Source: an uncultured delta proteobacterium (lineage in GTDB: Bacteria; Desulfobacterota; Binatia; UBA9968). Taken from it: a stretch of 64,000 bases of DNA. Location of the stretch: contig CAWJBB010000027.1 of the NCBI GenBank assembly GCA_963840855.1, positions 1 to 64,000 of the forward strand, in the 5' to 3' direction. Under the pieces are notes generated by a model that saw nothing but the letters and a program-made list of their open reading frames with translations, was not told where the DNA came from and did not search any database. Numbering within the stretch: position 1 is the first letter of the stretch; every line of letters starts with the position of its first letter. Shown here piece by piece: positions 1 through 11,521 of this stretch. The position numbers were made by a program, and so were the translations under genes.

Positions 1-707
1 CCGTCAGGCATGAGCTTCGGCTTATAAGACCGTGTGCCCGTACCACAACGAAAGTCCGTTGTTGCCATCTGGGCAGAAATCATAGCGTCTTCGGGAGAAC
101 CTCACGGGGATTTCGGCGCAAGCCTTGGATCTCTTTGTTCAAAGGAGCAGATGTTGTAATCCATTTGGCCGCAGACGTGCGCAATTATGCATCTTGGGAG
201 TGTGTTCTCCGCGACAATATCCAGGTAACCTGGAACGTCATTCAGGCTGCCGTGAAGTATCGGGTTCCGAGAGTCGTTTTTACCAGTTCCAATTGGGCAG
301 TAAAGGCTTTAGAGCGGCAAATAGCTCCAGCATGTTACGCTCTGGACGGACCGAAGATCGGCTCAGACATCTTACCATGCCCGCTTAGCCCCTACGGCTT
401 CTCCAAAGCTTCTGGCGAACTCATGGGCCGCATGTTCTTGGAACAACAGGAATTGGCGTCGTTCATTGCCGTGCGGATCGGTAGCTTTCACCTGCGGGCT
501 CCAAAGAACAAAGATCTACGATTATGGATTGGGCCGCGGGATCTTTGTAGTTTGATGCGCCGATGTGTGGAAGTCAAAGCTAAAGGATTTCACATTGTTT
601 ACGGGGTCTCAGCGCAGCCAATGACACCCTACGAGATCTCTCCTACACGACACGTTTACTCTACTGGAAGACAGAGCAAGACGACGCCTAAATCAATAAG
701 GCATTAA
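1..707 (+). CDS. NAD-dependent epimerase/dehydrogenase, uronate dehydrogenase-like (5'-partial, frameshifted)
   Basis: Motifs GADVVIHLAA, RVVFTSSN, SDR YxxxK (YGFSK), VRIGSF, WIGPRDL and VYGVS; N-terminus runs off the window and the frame is broken near both ends. Confidence 0.75.
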   Translation, partial: VRHELRLIRPCARTTTKVRCCHLGRNHSVFGRTSRGFRRKPWISLFKGADVVIHLAADVRNYASWECVLRDNIQVTWNVIQAAVKYRVPRVVFTSSNWAVKALERQIAPACYALDGPKIGSDILPCPLSPYGFSKASGELMGRMFLEQQELASFIAVRIGSFHLRAPKNKDLRLWIGPRDLCSLMRRCVEVKAKGFHIVYGVSAQPMTPYEISPTRHVYSTGRQSKTTPKSIRH

Positions 708-776
708 ATGGCTCTGCATTGGAATTATGCGTGCGAGACAGAATCTCCTTCGTCTTATAAAAAGAGCAATTTATTT

Positions 777-2069
777 ATGACTGATCTTTCCCTGGAGAAG
801 CCAATCGTGGCAGTTCGACATCAGCCTCCTCGCAGGGAACTGTCTCATGCTTATGAGACTTTGGAACAAATTCTCACCAAAAATATCACTTCGTTCTGGT
901 ATCCGCAGGCCGTTGACGTAGAAGAAGGCGGTTACCGGATTCCTAACGATCCCCACAGCCGAGATAAATCGCAGGTGAGCAAGAGGCTCGTTGGCCAGGC
1001 ACGGATTGTTTGGTTTTTTTCGCGGTTGGCCCAATCCAAGTATGGCCGCACGGAACATCTGAAAGCTGCAAAGCACGGCTATCACTTCCTATACAGCCGA
1101 ATGTGGGACGCACACTATGGTGGATTTTATTGGGAAGTCGATGCAGCATGTTCTATGGTCACCAAACCGGATAAACACTTGTATGGGCAAGCGTTCGCAC
1201 TCTATGCCTTGACCGAATACGCAAGAGCTTCAGGGGATTCTTCAGCTACGGCAGCAGCACAGACCTCTCAACCTTTTTGAAACTCACGCCCATGACGGAC
1301 GTTATGGCGGTTATAGGGAATTTTTCCAGCGCGATTGGAAAGTTCCTGAATACGACAGCTATCTGGGGACTCCACCAACAATCAAGTTAATGAACACCCA
1401 TCTCCACCTGATGGAAGCCATAACTCAGTATTATCTGTTGACACACGACTGCCGTGCTAAGGAACGGCTCGTTGAACTGATTGTCGTGAATAGCAACTCG
1501 GTCCTGCGCAAAAATATCGGTGCTTGCACGGATAAGTATTTGCACAGCTGGGATCCGCTTCGGGGACCTAGCTATGATCGTATCTCTTATGGGCATGATG
1601 TAGAGAACGTTTGGTTGTTAGCAGAAGCCTGTAAGGCAGCTGAAATACCCAACAACCTACTGTTTGATCTTTACCGGACCATTTTTAGTTACGCTCTTCG
1701 ATATGGTTATGACCGAAAGGCTGGAGTCTATGACTCTGGCTCGTTTCATGCCCGCGCGGACCAACGTGAAAAAATACTGTGGGTTCAGGCGGAAGGCTTA
1801 GTCGCAGCTCTCCACATGTTTGGTCTCACTGGCGAGGAAGTTTACTGGAACTGTTTCTTACAAACTTTAGATTGGATAACAAAGTACCAGGCAAATTGGG
1901 AACATGGAGATTGGTACGAACGAATAGGGTCGGACCAAAACCCACAGCTAGGCAAGAACACATATGGAAATCTCCCTATCATAATGGTAGAGCAATGGTT
2001 TACTGTTTAGATCTGCTAACAGAGATGTCGTCGATTCGGCATCCTGGCGCAATAATTTCGTTGTTCTGA
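777..2069 (+). CDS. AGE family epimerase/isomerase (cellobiose 2-epimerase-like), frameshifted
   Basis: Three ORF pieces (708-1280, 1390-2010, 1779-2069) give QARIVWFFS, YGGFYWEV, KHLYGQAFALYAL, MNTHLHLMEA, SYGHDVE, WVQAE, WKSPYHNGR. Confidence 0.85.
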
Positions 2070-2126
2070 ATCAGTTCACTACTCATGAGATTTCAATCTC
2101 AAAATCTACGTACAAAGGGGGTCTTT

Positions 2127-2575
2127 ATGTTAACTTTGAATGATCGTTTGCGCCCTCGTGAAGAAGAGGTCGCATCCAAAGTGATCGATGGCGAGGCGAT
2201 CATCATCAATCTGGCCAACGGGGTCTACTACAGTATGGACAAAGTGGGCGCCCTGGTCTGGGAATGTACTCCAGGGAGGACACAGCTTGGAAGAAGCGAT
2301 CCTGGCCGTCACCGGCCATTATGACGTCTCGCGTGAGCAGGCGGAATCGAATGTGAGAGACTTGTGCAGGAGCTTGTTCAAGAGAATTTGGTGCTTCCTT
2401 CCGAGAACGGCGCTCGCGTTCCGGCGCCGCTAATCGATGAGCAGCAGGAAAAGCGCCATACGAGATTCCCAAGCTCAATATCTATAGGGATATGGGAGAC
2501 CTGCTGGCACTCGATCCTCCGGTTCCCGGCCTCGGCGACACTCCTTGGAAGGAGCCGGAAGAGTCTTCTAAGTAA
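2127..2575 (+). CDS. PqqD family / RiPP recognition element (RRE) protein with C-terminal YxxPxL tail, frameshifted
   Basis: VIDGEAIIINLANGVYYSMDKVGALVWE...SLEEAILAVTGHYDVSREQAESNVRDL...ELVQENLV is a PqqD fold; tail read from 2456 is PYEIPKLNIYRDMGDLLALDPPVPGLGDTPWKEPEESSK*. Confidence 0.8.
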
Positions 2576-2601
2576 GAGCGAAAATATAATCTGGCTGGTG
2601 T

Positions 2602-3305
2602 ATGAATTCGTCTTTGATCAGCTGCATTGTCCCCGTGTTTAACGGCGAACAGTATGTGCGAGAAGCGCTGGATAGTATTTTCGCGCAGACGTACCGTCCA
2701 CTGGAAATCATCGTCGCCGACGATGGCTCCACCGAGTAACGAGCGGTCGTTGCTCGGTATGGGGATCGGGTGCGCTATCTAAAGCAGAGCAATCAGGGGC
2801 CTGCAGCGGCACGAAACCTGGGCATAGGCGCGGCGACGGGAGAATTTATTGCGTTTCTCGATGCAGATGACTTATGGCATCCGGAAAAGTTGGAGCGTCA
2901 GTCGGCCCGCTTTCGGGCCCGTCCCGAATTGGGGTATTGCGTAACACATTGCCAAAATTTCTGGATTCCGGAACTCGAGAAGGGAAGCAGAGAAATATCA
3001 GGATCATCGAATCTCCCGACCTTTGCCGGGTTATGTCACGCGAACTCTGTTGGCACGTCGAGCGTTTTTGACACGTGGGTAAGTTCGATCCGGCTTTGGC
3101 TCATGGCGATAGCACCGATTGGTTTTTGCGCGCCAGCCGAACGCGGCGCCCTTATGGAAGTACTGCCCGACAGTCCTCATGTATCGGCGTCTGCACCCGA
3201 GCAACCGAAGTCGGATTCGAGCGGCACGAAGCCGGGACCAATAATTTACGGCTCCTAAGACTCTCCCTGGACCGCAAACGCCATTTTGAATCGGAGTCCG
3301 TTTAG
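2602..3305 (+). CDS. Glycosyltransferase family 2, frameshifted
   Basis: MNSSLISCIVPVFNGEQYVREALDSIFAQTYRPLEIIVADDGST from ATG 2602, then NQGPAAARNLG...FIAFLDADDLW (DxD). Confidence 0.85.
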
Positions 3306-3381
3306 GATTCAAGTGAGCGGTTTTACCGCTACTCACTCGACCCGAATCTTCGGTCTCTCCTCGGCCTGAAGCTTAAAAATC

Positions 3382-5281
3382 ATGTGTGGAATTTTAGGGC
3401 AGATCGCGTTTCTAACCGGGGCCTCCCTGTTCAGAGAGAAGAGATCTCGCCTCGACTCATCGGCCTGATGGCCGCCGCGGCCCTGATGATGAAGGCCTAT
3501 GGAGCGACGGGCGGCATTGCGTATTCGCGTTCCGTCGCTTAGCTATTTTGGATCTACCGGCAGCGCCCATCAGCCTATGCTTACTCGGGATGGGCGTTTC
3601 GCCCTCGTTTACAACGGGGAGCTGTATAACTTCCGCGAGTTGCGCCGGGAGCTCGAGCAGGAAGACGCGCGATTTTGTTCTACAGGAGACACGGAAGTCG
3701 TCCTCTACGCTCTCGCCCATTGGGGCAATCGAGCTTTGGCCCGCTTTAATGGCATGTTCGCCTTGGGTTTTTACGACTCGGTGGAAAAGCGTTTGCTCTT
3801 GGCTCGCGACCACGCCGGCATCAAGCCTCTCTACTACATGCTCACGTCCCGCGGTTTAGTATTTGCGTCGCAATACGATCAGATTCTCGGTCACCCTTGG
3901 AGTCGTACGCTGGACGTCTCTTCAGCGGCTTTGGCGCTTTACCTGCGTCTCGGCTACATCCCTGCGCCCTACGCATTGCTTCAGAACACGCACATGCTCG
4001 AGCCCGGGACCTGGCTTGAGGTCTCAACCGACAGCCGGCTTCGAAGCGGGCGGTTCTTTGAATTTCACCCTACCGTGAGCCCAACCTCAGCGGCGAAGAG
4101 GCGTACGAGGCCGTGGATGCGGCAATTACAGCGGCTGTGCGCCGTCACCTCGTCAGCGACGTTCCGGTCGGCACGTTTCTCTCGGGCGGCGTTGATTCTC
4201 CGCTCGTGGCCGCCAAAATGCGCGCGGTGAGTAACGGCACTCTCCTGGCTTTCACGATCGGCACCAACGGAGACCGTCACGACGAGTCCGCCGATGCCAC
4301 GCCTACGCCCGAGAAATGGGCGTTGAGCAACTTGTAGAGCATGTAACGGCCGACACTGCCCTGCAGATGCTCGATGACGTGGTGGCTGCCTGCGGCGAAC
4401 CTTTTGCGGATTACTCGATTTTCCCTACCATGCTGGTCTCCCGGCTCGCCCGCCAGCAGGTCAAAGTCATGCTCTCCGGAGACGGCGGCGACGAACTGTT
4501 CTGGGGATATTTCGATCGCTTCGCGTCGGTGCTGGAGAAAGTTGATGGCTTTGCTCAGAGCCCCTCCCCGCAAAGTGCCCGCTGGGATTTGCAGAAACTA
4601 CTCAAGGTTAGCACGGGTCATCAAGATCTGCGCTGGCCGGGAAGCATTGGCGATATTTACTGGCTCAAACACACCCACCAGTCCGAAGGCTGGCTCAAGC
4701 GCATTCTCCCTGACCTTCCGGAGTGGCCTGCGAATTTCTCGCTTTTCACTTACACGGGTTTGGAGCCGGATCAGACCGCGCAGTGGCTGCGTTGGAACGA
4801 GTTTGTGGGTTATTTGACCATGATCCTTCTAAAGGTAGATCGAGCGAGCATGTATCACTCGTTGGAAGTCAGAGTCCCGCTTCTGGACAAGGAAGTCCTA
4901 GGTGTAGCTACCCGTGTGGACTGGCGCTCATGTCTGGACGTAAAGCGGAAGTTTGGCAAGTTGCCGCTGCGAAATTCGTTGGCTCGCCATGTGCGCCATC
5001 AAACCTCGGCCAAGCGAGGTTTTACGATCCCCATGGATGCCTGGTTAAGAGGCCCTCTGCGATCGGTCTTCGAAGAAGTAGTGCTCGGGCGCGAGGAAAT
5101 ATTAGGGCTTCCGCTGAACAAAACAGCCGCGCGCGCGATGTTCGAGCGGCATCTTTCCGGGCAAGCCAACTACGATTGGCTGTTATGGATGTTATTGAGT
5201 CTTGCTTTGTGGGAGCAGCGTCACTTTGCCGCGAGATCTGCATCGCGATTGACGGAGCACAAAACTCAGCTTTTCGCGTGA
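3382..5281 (+). CDS. asnB: Asparagine synthase (glutamine-hydrolysing)-family amidotransferase, frameshifted
   Basis: Starts MCGILG (Ntn Cys nucleophile); YNGELYNF, DTEV, LARDHAGIKPLYY, FLSGGVDS, LSGDGGDELF, KVDRASMYHSLEVRVP, KRGF. Confidence 0.9.
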
Positions 5282-5289
5282 AAACAACG

Positions 5290-6447
5290 ATGACAACCGG
5301 GTTCCATAAGCGCGTTTTGTTCTGGTCCGAGCGGTTCTGGCCAACGATAGGAGGAGTCGGGATTTCCGCCAGTAACCTGCTGCCGGCTTTGTGCGAACGA
5401 GGTTACGAATTTGTCGTTGTCACGTCAAAGGATTATTCCGATCTACCCAGGAAGATCATTTCAAAGGGATTCCCGTTTATCGTTTTCCCTTCTGGTCCTC
5501 ATTGGCCAAAGGAAATGTGAATCAGATAATAGAGCTTCGACGACGCATAACTCAATTAAAGCAGACCTTCTTTACCCGATTTGGTCCACATAGGTTTCCT
5601 GGGCGGCAGCGTTGTTTTTCATCTCCATACAATTAACACACACCCTTCACCATTGTTAGTAAGCATGGACTCGACCCTCCCTGATCAAGAGCTGGGACGT
5701 GATTCGTTAGCTGCCCGAACGCTCCGCACAGCTGATTGGGTCACTTGTGTTTCCGCGGCGCGCCTAAGCGAGACACGTAAGCTGATGCCGAGGGATCATC
5801 AATCTTTCATCGGTTATCTACAATGGCAGGCCCGTACCGTCCTGCGAACCGAAGCCACTGCCGTTCGAAGCTCCTCGGTTGTTGTGCTTAGGGCGACTCG
5901 ATCGGATTAAAGGTTTTGATATCGCCTTAACTGCGCTTACATCCGTTGTCCGCCGCTGTTTTCCGAAGGCACATCTTGTCATCGCCGGCGATGGACCGGA
6001 ACGCGCCGTGTTGGAAGCCCAGGCTGCCCGATTAGGTCTTAAGGCTAGTGTCGACTTCGTCGGTTGGGTTTCTCCAGACGAAGTGCCGGGCCTCATGAAC
6101 CGTGCGACTATAGTAATCATATCCCGTCCATTAATGAGGGCTTGCCTAACGTAGCTAAAGAAGCGGCTTTTCTGGCGCGGCCGATAGTGGCGACGAACGT
6201 CGGAGGAATTCCCGAAGCAGTCACGCACGGAGAGACAGGACTTCTTGTCAATCGAGAAGACAGTAACGCGCTCGCGAAGGCGATAACCTTTCTGCTCGAT
6301 CATCCCAAAACGGCAGCAACAATGGGCCACGCCGGCCGTTTACGCGCGCAAGAGGTTTTTAGTCTAGAACATTACATTGATACTTACGATGATCTTTACA
6401 GAAGATTGATGGAAAGTGTGAAGAGAACGACGTCGAGTCTATCCTAA
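5290..6447 (+). CDS. Glycosyltransferase family 4, frameshifted
   Basis: VLFWSERFWPTIGG; CLGRLDRIKGFD, IAGDGPER, EGLPNVAKEAAFLARPIVATNVGGIPE (EX7E), spread over several frames. Confidence 0.85.
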
Positions 6448-6518
6448 TAGATTAAGCGTGAGATCGCCGCCCCTAGAGATTCCCACCTTAATCCAACAAC
6501 AAAGTCGAATCGGTGACA

Positions 6519-7641
6519 ATGCGAATCTTGTTCTGGTCAGAGTTGTTTTGGCCTTACATAGGCGGCGGAGAAATATTTGCAACGAAGCTTCTTACGGCTC
6601 TACGGGAACGCTTTTATGAGATCGTCGTCGTGACAAGACAGGACTCGCCCGATCTTCCCTTGGAAGACCAGTATCGAGGAATTCCCGTGTATCGCTTTCC
6701 ATTTTGGACGCATTGCAAGCCACAATGTGGAAGAACTGATCGCAGCACGCCGGCGCTTGGCCAAGCTCAAGCGAGCTTTCGCGCCCGACCTGGTCCACAT
6801 CCATGGTTTCGGACCGAGTGTGCTTTTCCACTTCGAGACGAGCCATGTGCATCTCTCCCGCTTGTTGGTCACGTTAATTGCAGAGCGACCACAGGCGATA
6901 GGACCTCAGTTGCTGGGTCAGATGCTGCACACAGCCGATTGGGTCACCGCCAAATCGGCAGCCGTGCTTGCCCAAGTACAGCAATTCGCGCCGGAGATCA
7001 TAACCCGCTCGTCTGTCATTTATAATGGTCTAAAGGTGCCGGCGCTCTTACCAGAATCGCTTCCTACCGAGACACCGCGGTTGCTGTGTTTAGGGCGGCT
7101 TGCTCTCGAAAAAGGCTTTGATCTGGCCATCACGGCGTTCGCTTCGATCACCGATCGCTTTCCCAATGCCCGTCTGATCGTTGCCGGCGACGGGCCGGAA
7201 CGGTCTAGCCTTGAGCGCCAGGTTGCTAAACTGGGCCTTAGGAATGTCATAACCTTTATCGGTTGGGTTTCCCCGGATAAGGTATTCGCCCTCATAAATT
7301 CTTCTACCATGGTCCTCATGCCCTCCCGACGGGAGGGCTTGCCGTCGGTGTCGTTGCAAGCGGCTATGATGTGTCGTCCCGTTGTTGCGACGCGAGTCTC
7401 AGGCCTTTCTGAGGTCGTGCTGCACCAGGACACGGGTTTACTGATCGAGCCAGAAGATAGCAATGCTCTGGCGGAGGGGATCGGATGGCTCCTCGATCAT
7501 CCCGAGAGCGCTACGCAAATGGGTCAAGCGGCCCGGCGTCGGGTCCAAGAAGCCTTCAGCTGGGAGCAGTGTGTGACCGCCTACAACGACCTGTGGCGGC
7601 GGCTCATTACTGCTCGAAGCGGCGCCAGAGCCCAATTGTAA
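6519..7641 (+). CDS. Glycosyltransferase family 4 (paralog of upstream GT4), one frameshift near 6715
   Basis: MRILFWSELFWPYIGG; CLGRLALEKGFD, VAGDGPER, REGLPSVSLQAAMMCRPVVAT. Confidence 0.88.
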
Positions 7642-7670
7642 GTTTCTAACGTGTCAAATCCGTTGCGACT

Positions 7671-8152
7671 AAGGCGAAAGCGATTCAGCAGTGCGATGAC
7701 CATCTTGCTGATTTGGGCCCTATCGACTGCCAGGTTCTCCTAATGCGCCTAGCCAATGAGCTCGAGCATGAACTAGACCTAGGCAACCTGTACTGCAACA
7801 AAAGTGAAACAGAGCAAAAAAGGACACCAACGATACATGAAGTGTTACGGGCCTAAGTTGGTGAGCATGGCAGAGCGAGTGGGTGCCCTTCCCTTGGCCA
7901 CAGAAATCGCAACGGCGTCTTTGAACGTCGCCTCGACGCGACTTCCTGTTGTTCCTTGCATTAGGACCAAACATCGGGGTGCCTATGTCGTTACGCCAAC
8001 GTCCTACCGTCAGCGGTTGTGGGTTACGCTTTGGACGAAAGCTCGTGATAGCTTCCAAATGCTGTCTCGGAGCCCCACAGAGAGTGCGCCATAAAGTCTC
8101 ACGCGTGCAATATCTTTTGCGAACAGCGTTCCACCGCACTGGCAAAGCATAG
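7671..8152 (+). pseudogene. C-terminal remnant of a DUF6817/HD-like paralog
   Basis: Frame at 7671 reads ...LGPIDCQVLLMRLANELEHELDLGNLYC and later SMAERVG..LATEIA; this matches PIDRAVLLLLFADHLEHLVDCDVLYY..AERLG..ATEM in the next gene; no N-terminal half (stop at 7647). Confidence 0.55.
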
Positions 8153-8176
8153 TTTCGGCACCTGTTGGACAGTCTT

Positions 8177-8937
8177 ATGCGCTCGTATGATCAGACAAAC
8201 ATCCAACTATTTAATCAACTTCGTCACGCTGGTTATTCGCAGATGGAGCTGAAATTGGTGCGCGATGCTTACGAGCTTGCGATGGACCTTTTTACCGGTC
8301 GCTTTCAGCCTTCGGGAAAATCCTTCATGGCCCACGTGGTGGGGACCGCCAGCATCCTCGGCCTCCCTGCGCTTACCCGCGCCGGTGGTGGCGGCAGGTT
8401 TGCTGCACAACATTTATGAGGACGGTGATTTCGGTGACGGTCGTCATGGCATCTCGAGGGCGAGACGGCGAAAGATCCGCGAGACTCTGGGTCCGGAGGT
8501 CGAAACATACACTGCTCGATTTCCGGAGTTGTATTGGGAAGTCGAAACATAACCAGCTTGCGCGCGATGATCCGGACGGAGCTCAGATCCGATCGACCGC
8601 GCAGTTCTCTTGCTTTTATTCGCGGACCACCTCGAGCATCTCGTGGATTGCGATGTTCTTTATTACGAGTAAAACGACGGCTCGCCGTTTATATAGATCA
8701 ACAGCAAAATTGCAGCGGAAATAGCGGAGAGATTGGGCCTGTCTCGAGTTGGCCACGGAAATGAGAGAGGCGATCCGGAAGACGGAATTCGCTGAGCTAC
8801 CCGTGACGCGCTTCTGGGCATGGGGCTCGAAACAGAGCATTCGTCATTGCCCCCCGAGTCTTGCCGCAAGCGATTTTCTGTCGGCGCTGGTCCAAAACGT
8901 TGTCGACAGGGCGTACAAGGTCCGTCGAAGGTATTAA
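8177..8937 (+). CDS. DUF6817 / HD-domain-like protein, frameshifted
   Basis: YDQTNIQLFNQL, AYELAMDLFTGRFQPSGKSFMAHVVGTASIL, VAAGLLHNIYEDGDFG (RelA-HD-like hydrolase N-terminus). Confidence 0.6.
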
Positions 8938-9025
8938 AAGGAGTCAAGGTCGTCCATCGCAAATCGCAAAACACACTGCAAATGGCTTTGGATAGGTGGA
9001 CGGGAAATGGCGAACTTGCGCCGGG

Positions 9026-9902
9026 GCTGTCCTGGAAATAAAGTCTGAAGAGCTTAAGAGGCTCTTTCCTCAACGATGCGCGTCTTGAACGTATCGCACG
9101 CGGGTTTCGTTTTACTGAAGGTCCCGTCTGGTGTGATGGAGGAAAAGAGACTCCTCTTCAGCGACATTCCCGCTAATCGTATTTATGGGCTAGCGGCCGA
9201 TGGCCGACATCAGGGCTTTCCGGGAGCCGAGCGGTAACTCTAATGGTTTGACACGAGACAAAAAAGGCCGGCTGATTGCATGCGAGCACGGCAATCGTCG
9301 AGTGACGCAAACCGAAAAAGACGGCTCAATTACCCCTCTGGCCGATCGATTTCACGGCAAGAAGCTTAACAGTCCCAACGATGTTGTCGTCAAGTCCGAT
9401 GGTGCGATTTACTTCACGGACCCCACCTGCGGGATTACGCCTGAACAACAAGAACAGCCAGCTCAAGGAGTCTATCGACTCTCGCCTGGCGGTAAAGAGA
9501 CCTCTCTCGTGGCAGATGATTTAGCTCGACCCAACGGCCTAGCGTTCTCGCCCGACGAAAAGAAGCTTTATATCGATGATTCAGAGCGCCGTCATATCCG
9601 GGTATTTGATGTTAGTGATGACGGATCACTCTCGGGTGGCTCGCTGTTTCACGACATGAACGTAAACATTCCAGGCTCTCCTGACGGCATGAAAGTGGAT
9701 GTCGAGGGCCATGTCTACTGCACGGGCGCGGAAGGCGTTTGGGTATTCGATCCTGCGGGAAATCATCTTGGAACCATCATCACACCAGAGAAGCCGTCGA
9801 ATTGTGCCTGGGGAGACGATGACTGGCGGAGCCTTTACATTACGGCTGTTACCTCCGTTTACAAAATACGCGTCAACACTCCTGGAATTAGAAATTCCAT
9901 AA
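9026..9902 (+). CDS. SMP-30/gluconolactonase/LRE family protein, frameshifted, start uncertain
   Basis: LERIARGFRFTEGPVW, SGNSNGLT, LNSPNDVVV, PNGLAFSPDE, PDGMKVD, PSNCAWG. Confidence 0.88.
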
Positions 9903-9923
9903 TCTCGTTCTTACCGCACCTCC

Positions 9924-11148
9924 ATGAACAACGCATCCGATTCAACACCCTCGCTATCGCGCGCTTTGTCTCTTGTTCTTCCCACGCCGGAGCAAACCCT
10001 GTTACTCCGAACATGCCTATTGCCGCGTGATTTGGCGCGACAGGCTTGGAGCGAATGGCGAAGCCGTTACAAAGAGCACGGAAAGGGTTTATCGGGAAAA
10101 ATGAATCAGTCAGAAAGCTTCGTCCGCTTCTATTCAATGCCTTTCAACAGCATAACCTTCAGTCGGACAACAAAACCGGGACGTATCTGCGATCGGCCTA
10201 TTTAAAGGAGGAATTACGGAGCAAGATCTTTCGCCAAATCTGCCGCGCAGTTCTTCAGTTGCTGCAAAGAGAATGCTTCACAGCGATCGTACTTAAGGGC
10301 ACCGCCTTGGCGGAAACCGTCTACGGCAATCCCGTGCTGCGCCATTGCCACGATATTGATATTCTTTTGCCGGCTGATGAGTTGAGCCGCGCCGCGAATC
10401 TGCTGCCCTCCTTAGGCTTCCAAAGAGTCAATCCGAGCATCCAAAGAAGAAACCCTCACGTCAGGATGCAGCATGAGTCTGAGCTCCCTCTCGAGCTTCA
10501 CAGCGGATTATTCGAGGTACCGTATTACAATGTTGTTTCCGCAGAAATCCAGGCACGAAGTCAAAGTCGACTCATTGCCGACGTTCCGGTGAAGATTCTC
10601 GGGCCCTCCGATAGTCTTCTCCACGTCTGCGGCCACGCCTCTCATTCAGCGAGCCGCCAGTCCTTGCGCTGGGTGACCGATGCCTGGTTTATCGTCAATC
10701 GCATCCTGATCTGGATTGGGACCTGCTCCTAGACTGCGCTCGTCGGAGCCGACTGGTTTTACCTCTGTCCGTAATGCTCGGGTACTTGGCCGAACATCTG
10801 AACGCGCCAATCCCTTCTACATTTCTGAATCGTCTGTCCGCCGCTGCATCAAACAGCGACGCGATAGAACGCCAGCTGGCACTGCGTGGTACACGAGCAG
10901 CCGGTCAAGGAAGTCTCAAGGAGTTATTTCGAAGGACAACAAACTGGCGCGAACGAGTTTTTTTTATTCAGTGGCTGCTTTTCCCATCGCCCCGATATCT
11001 GTGTTGGGTGGATGAGATCCGAGATTCCCGGCTAGTACCTTTTCACTACGTTTACCGTCCAATTCGGCATCTCGGTTGGTATATGTGGTCGAAGTTGCGG
11101 GGCTTCATTCGACGCTGCGCTGTGCCGATTTATCACGCATTGAAGTAG
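9924..11148 (+). CDS. Nucleotidyltransferase family protein (NTP_transf_5-like), frameshifted
   Basis: IVLKGTALAETVYGNPVLRHCHDIDILL, LELHSGLF, LLHVCGHA, WVTDA. Confidence 0.8.
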
Positions 11149-11255
11149 CGCCTGTTTGCTCAAATGGCGGGAGTAACTGTTTGGTCCATTATTTTCACGT
11201 CGTGTGCATCAAAAAATAACTAGCGTTCAGCCAATCACTCTGGGCTATTCCCTTT

Positions 11256-11366
11256 ATGCGTTTCTGCATGGTCACCACTTTCTACCCGCCGTACTCGTTT
11301 GGTGGAGATGGTGTGTTTGTGCAGCAACTGTCCAATGAGTTAGCGAAGCGGGGCCGTTCGATCTAG
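11256..11366 (+). pseudogene. Truncated N-terminus of a GT4 glycosyltransferase
   Basis: MRFCMVTTFYPPYSFGGDGVFVQQLSNELAKRG, then the sequence switches abruptly to an unrelated protein. Confidence 0.7.
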
Positions 11367-11521
11367 AAATAGTAGTCTTGGACCGCCACAACGGCTCCAT
11401 TCACCAGTTAAACCAAACCGCAAGCTTCGTCTGGGAACAATCCACCGCGGAATTTCCCCCCGGGGAACCCCGCCACCCAGGCGGGGGCCTTCCAAGTCCG
11501 CCTCCATCCCGCCAAGAGTGA
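11357..11521 (+). pseudogene. Second PqqD/RRE fragment in a low-quality or rearranged segment
   Basis: Frame at 11360 reads DLEIVVLDRHNGSIHQLNQTASFVWEQ (PqqD signature), then degrades into homopolymer-rich sequence. Confidence 0.6.

Noticed and set aside
3382-5281. Lasso cyclase
   Set aside because: It keeps a full glutaminase domain with N-terminal Cys, and no B2 protease or canonical precursor is visible
1-11200. Whole left cluster as genuine pseudogenes
   Set aside because: Damage is almost all small indels, catalytic motifs are intact, and density drops sharply after ~11.7 kb; long-read error is more likely
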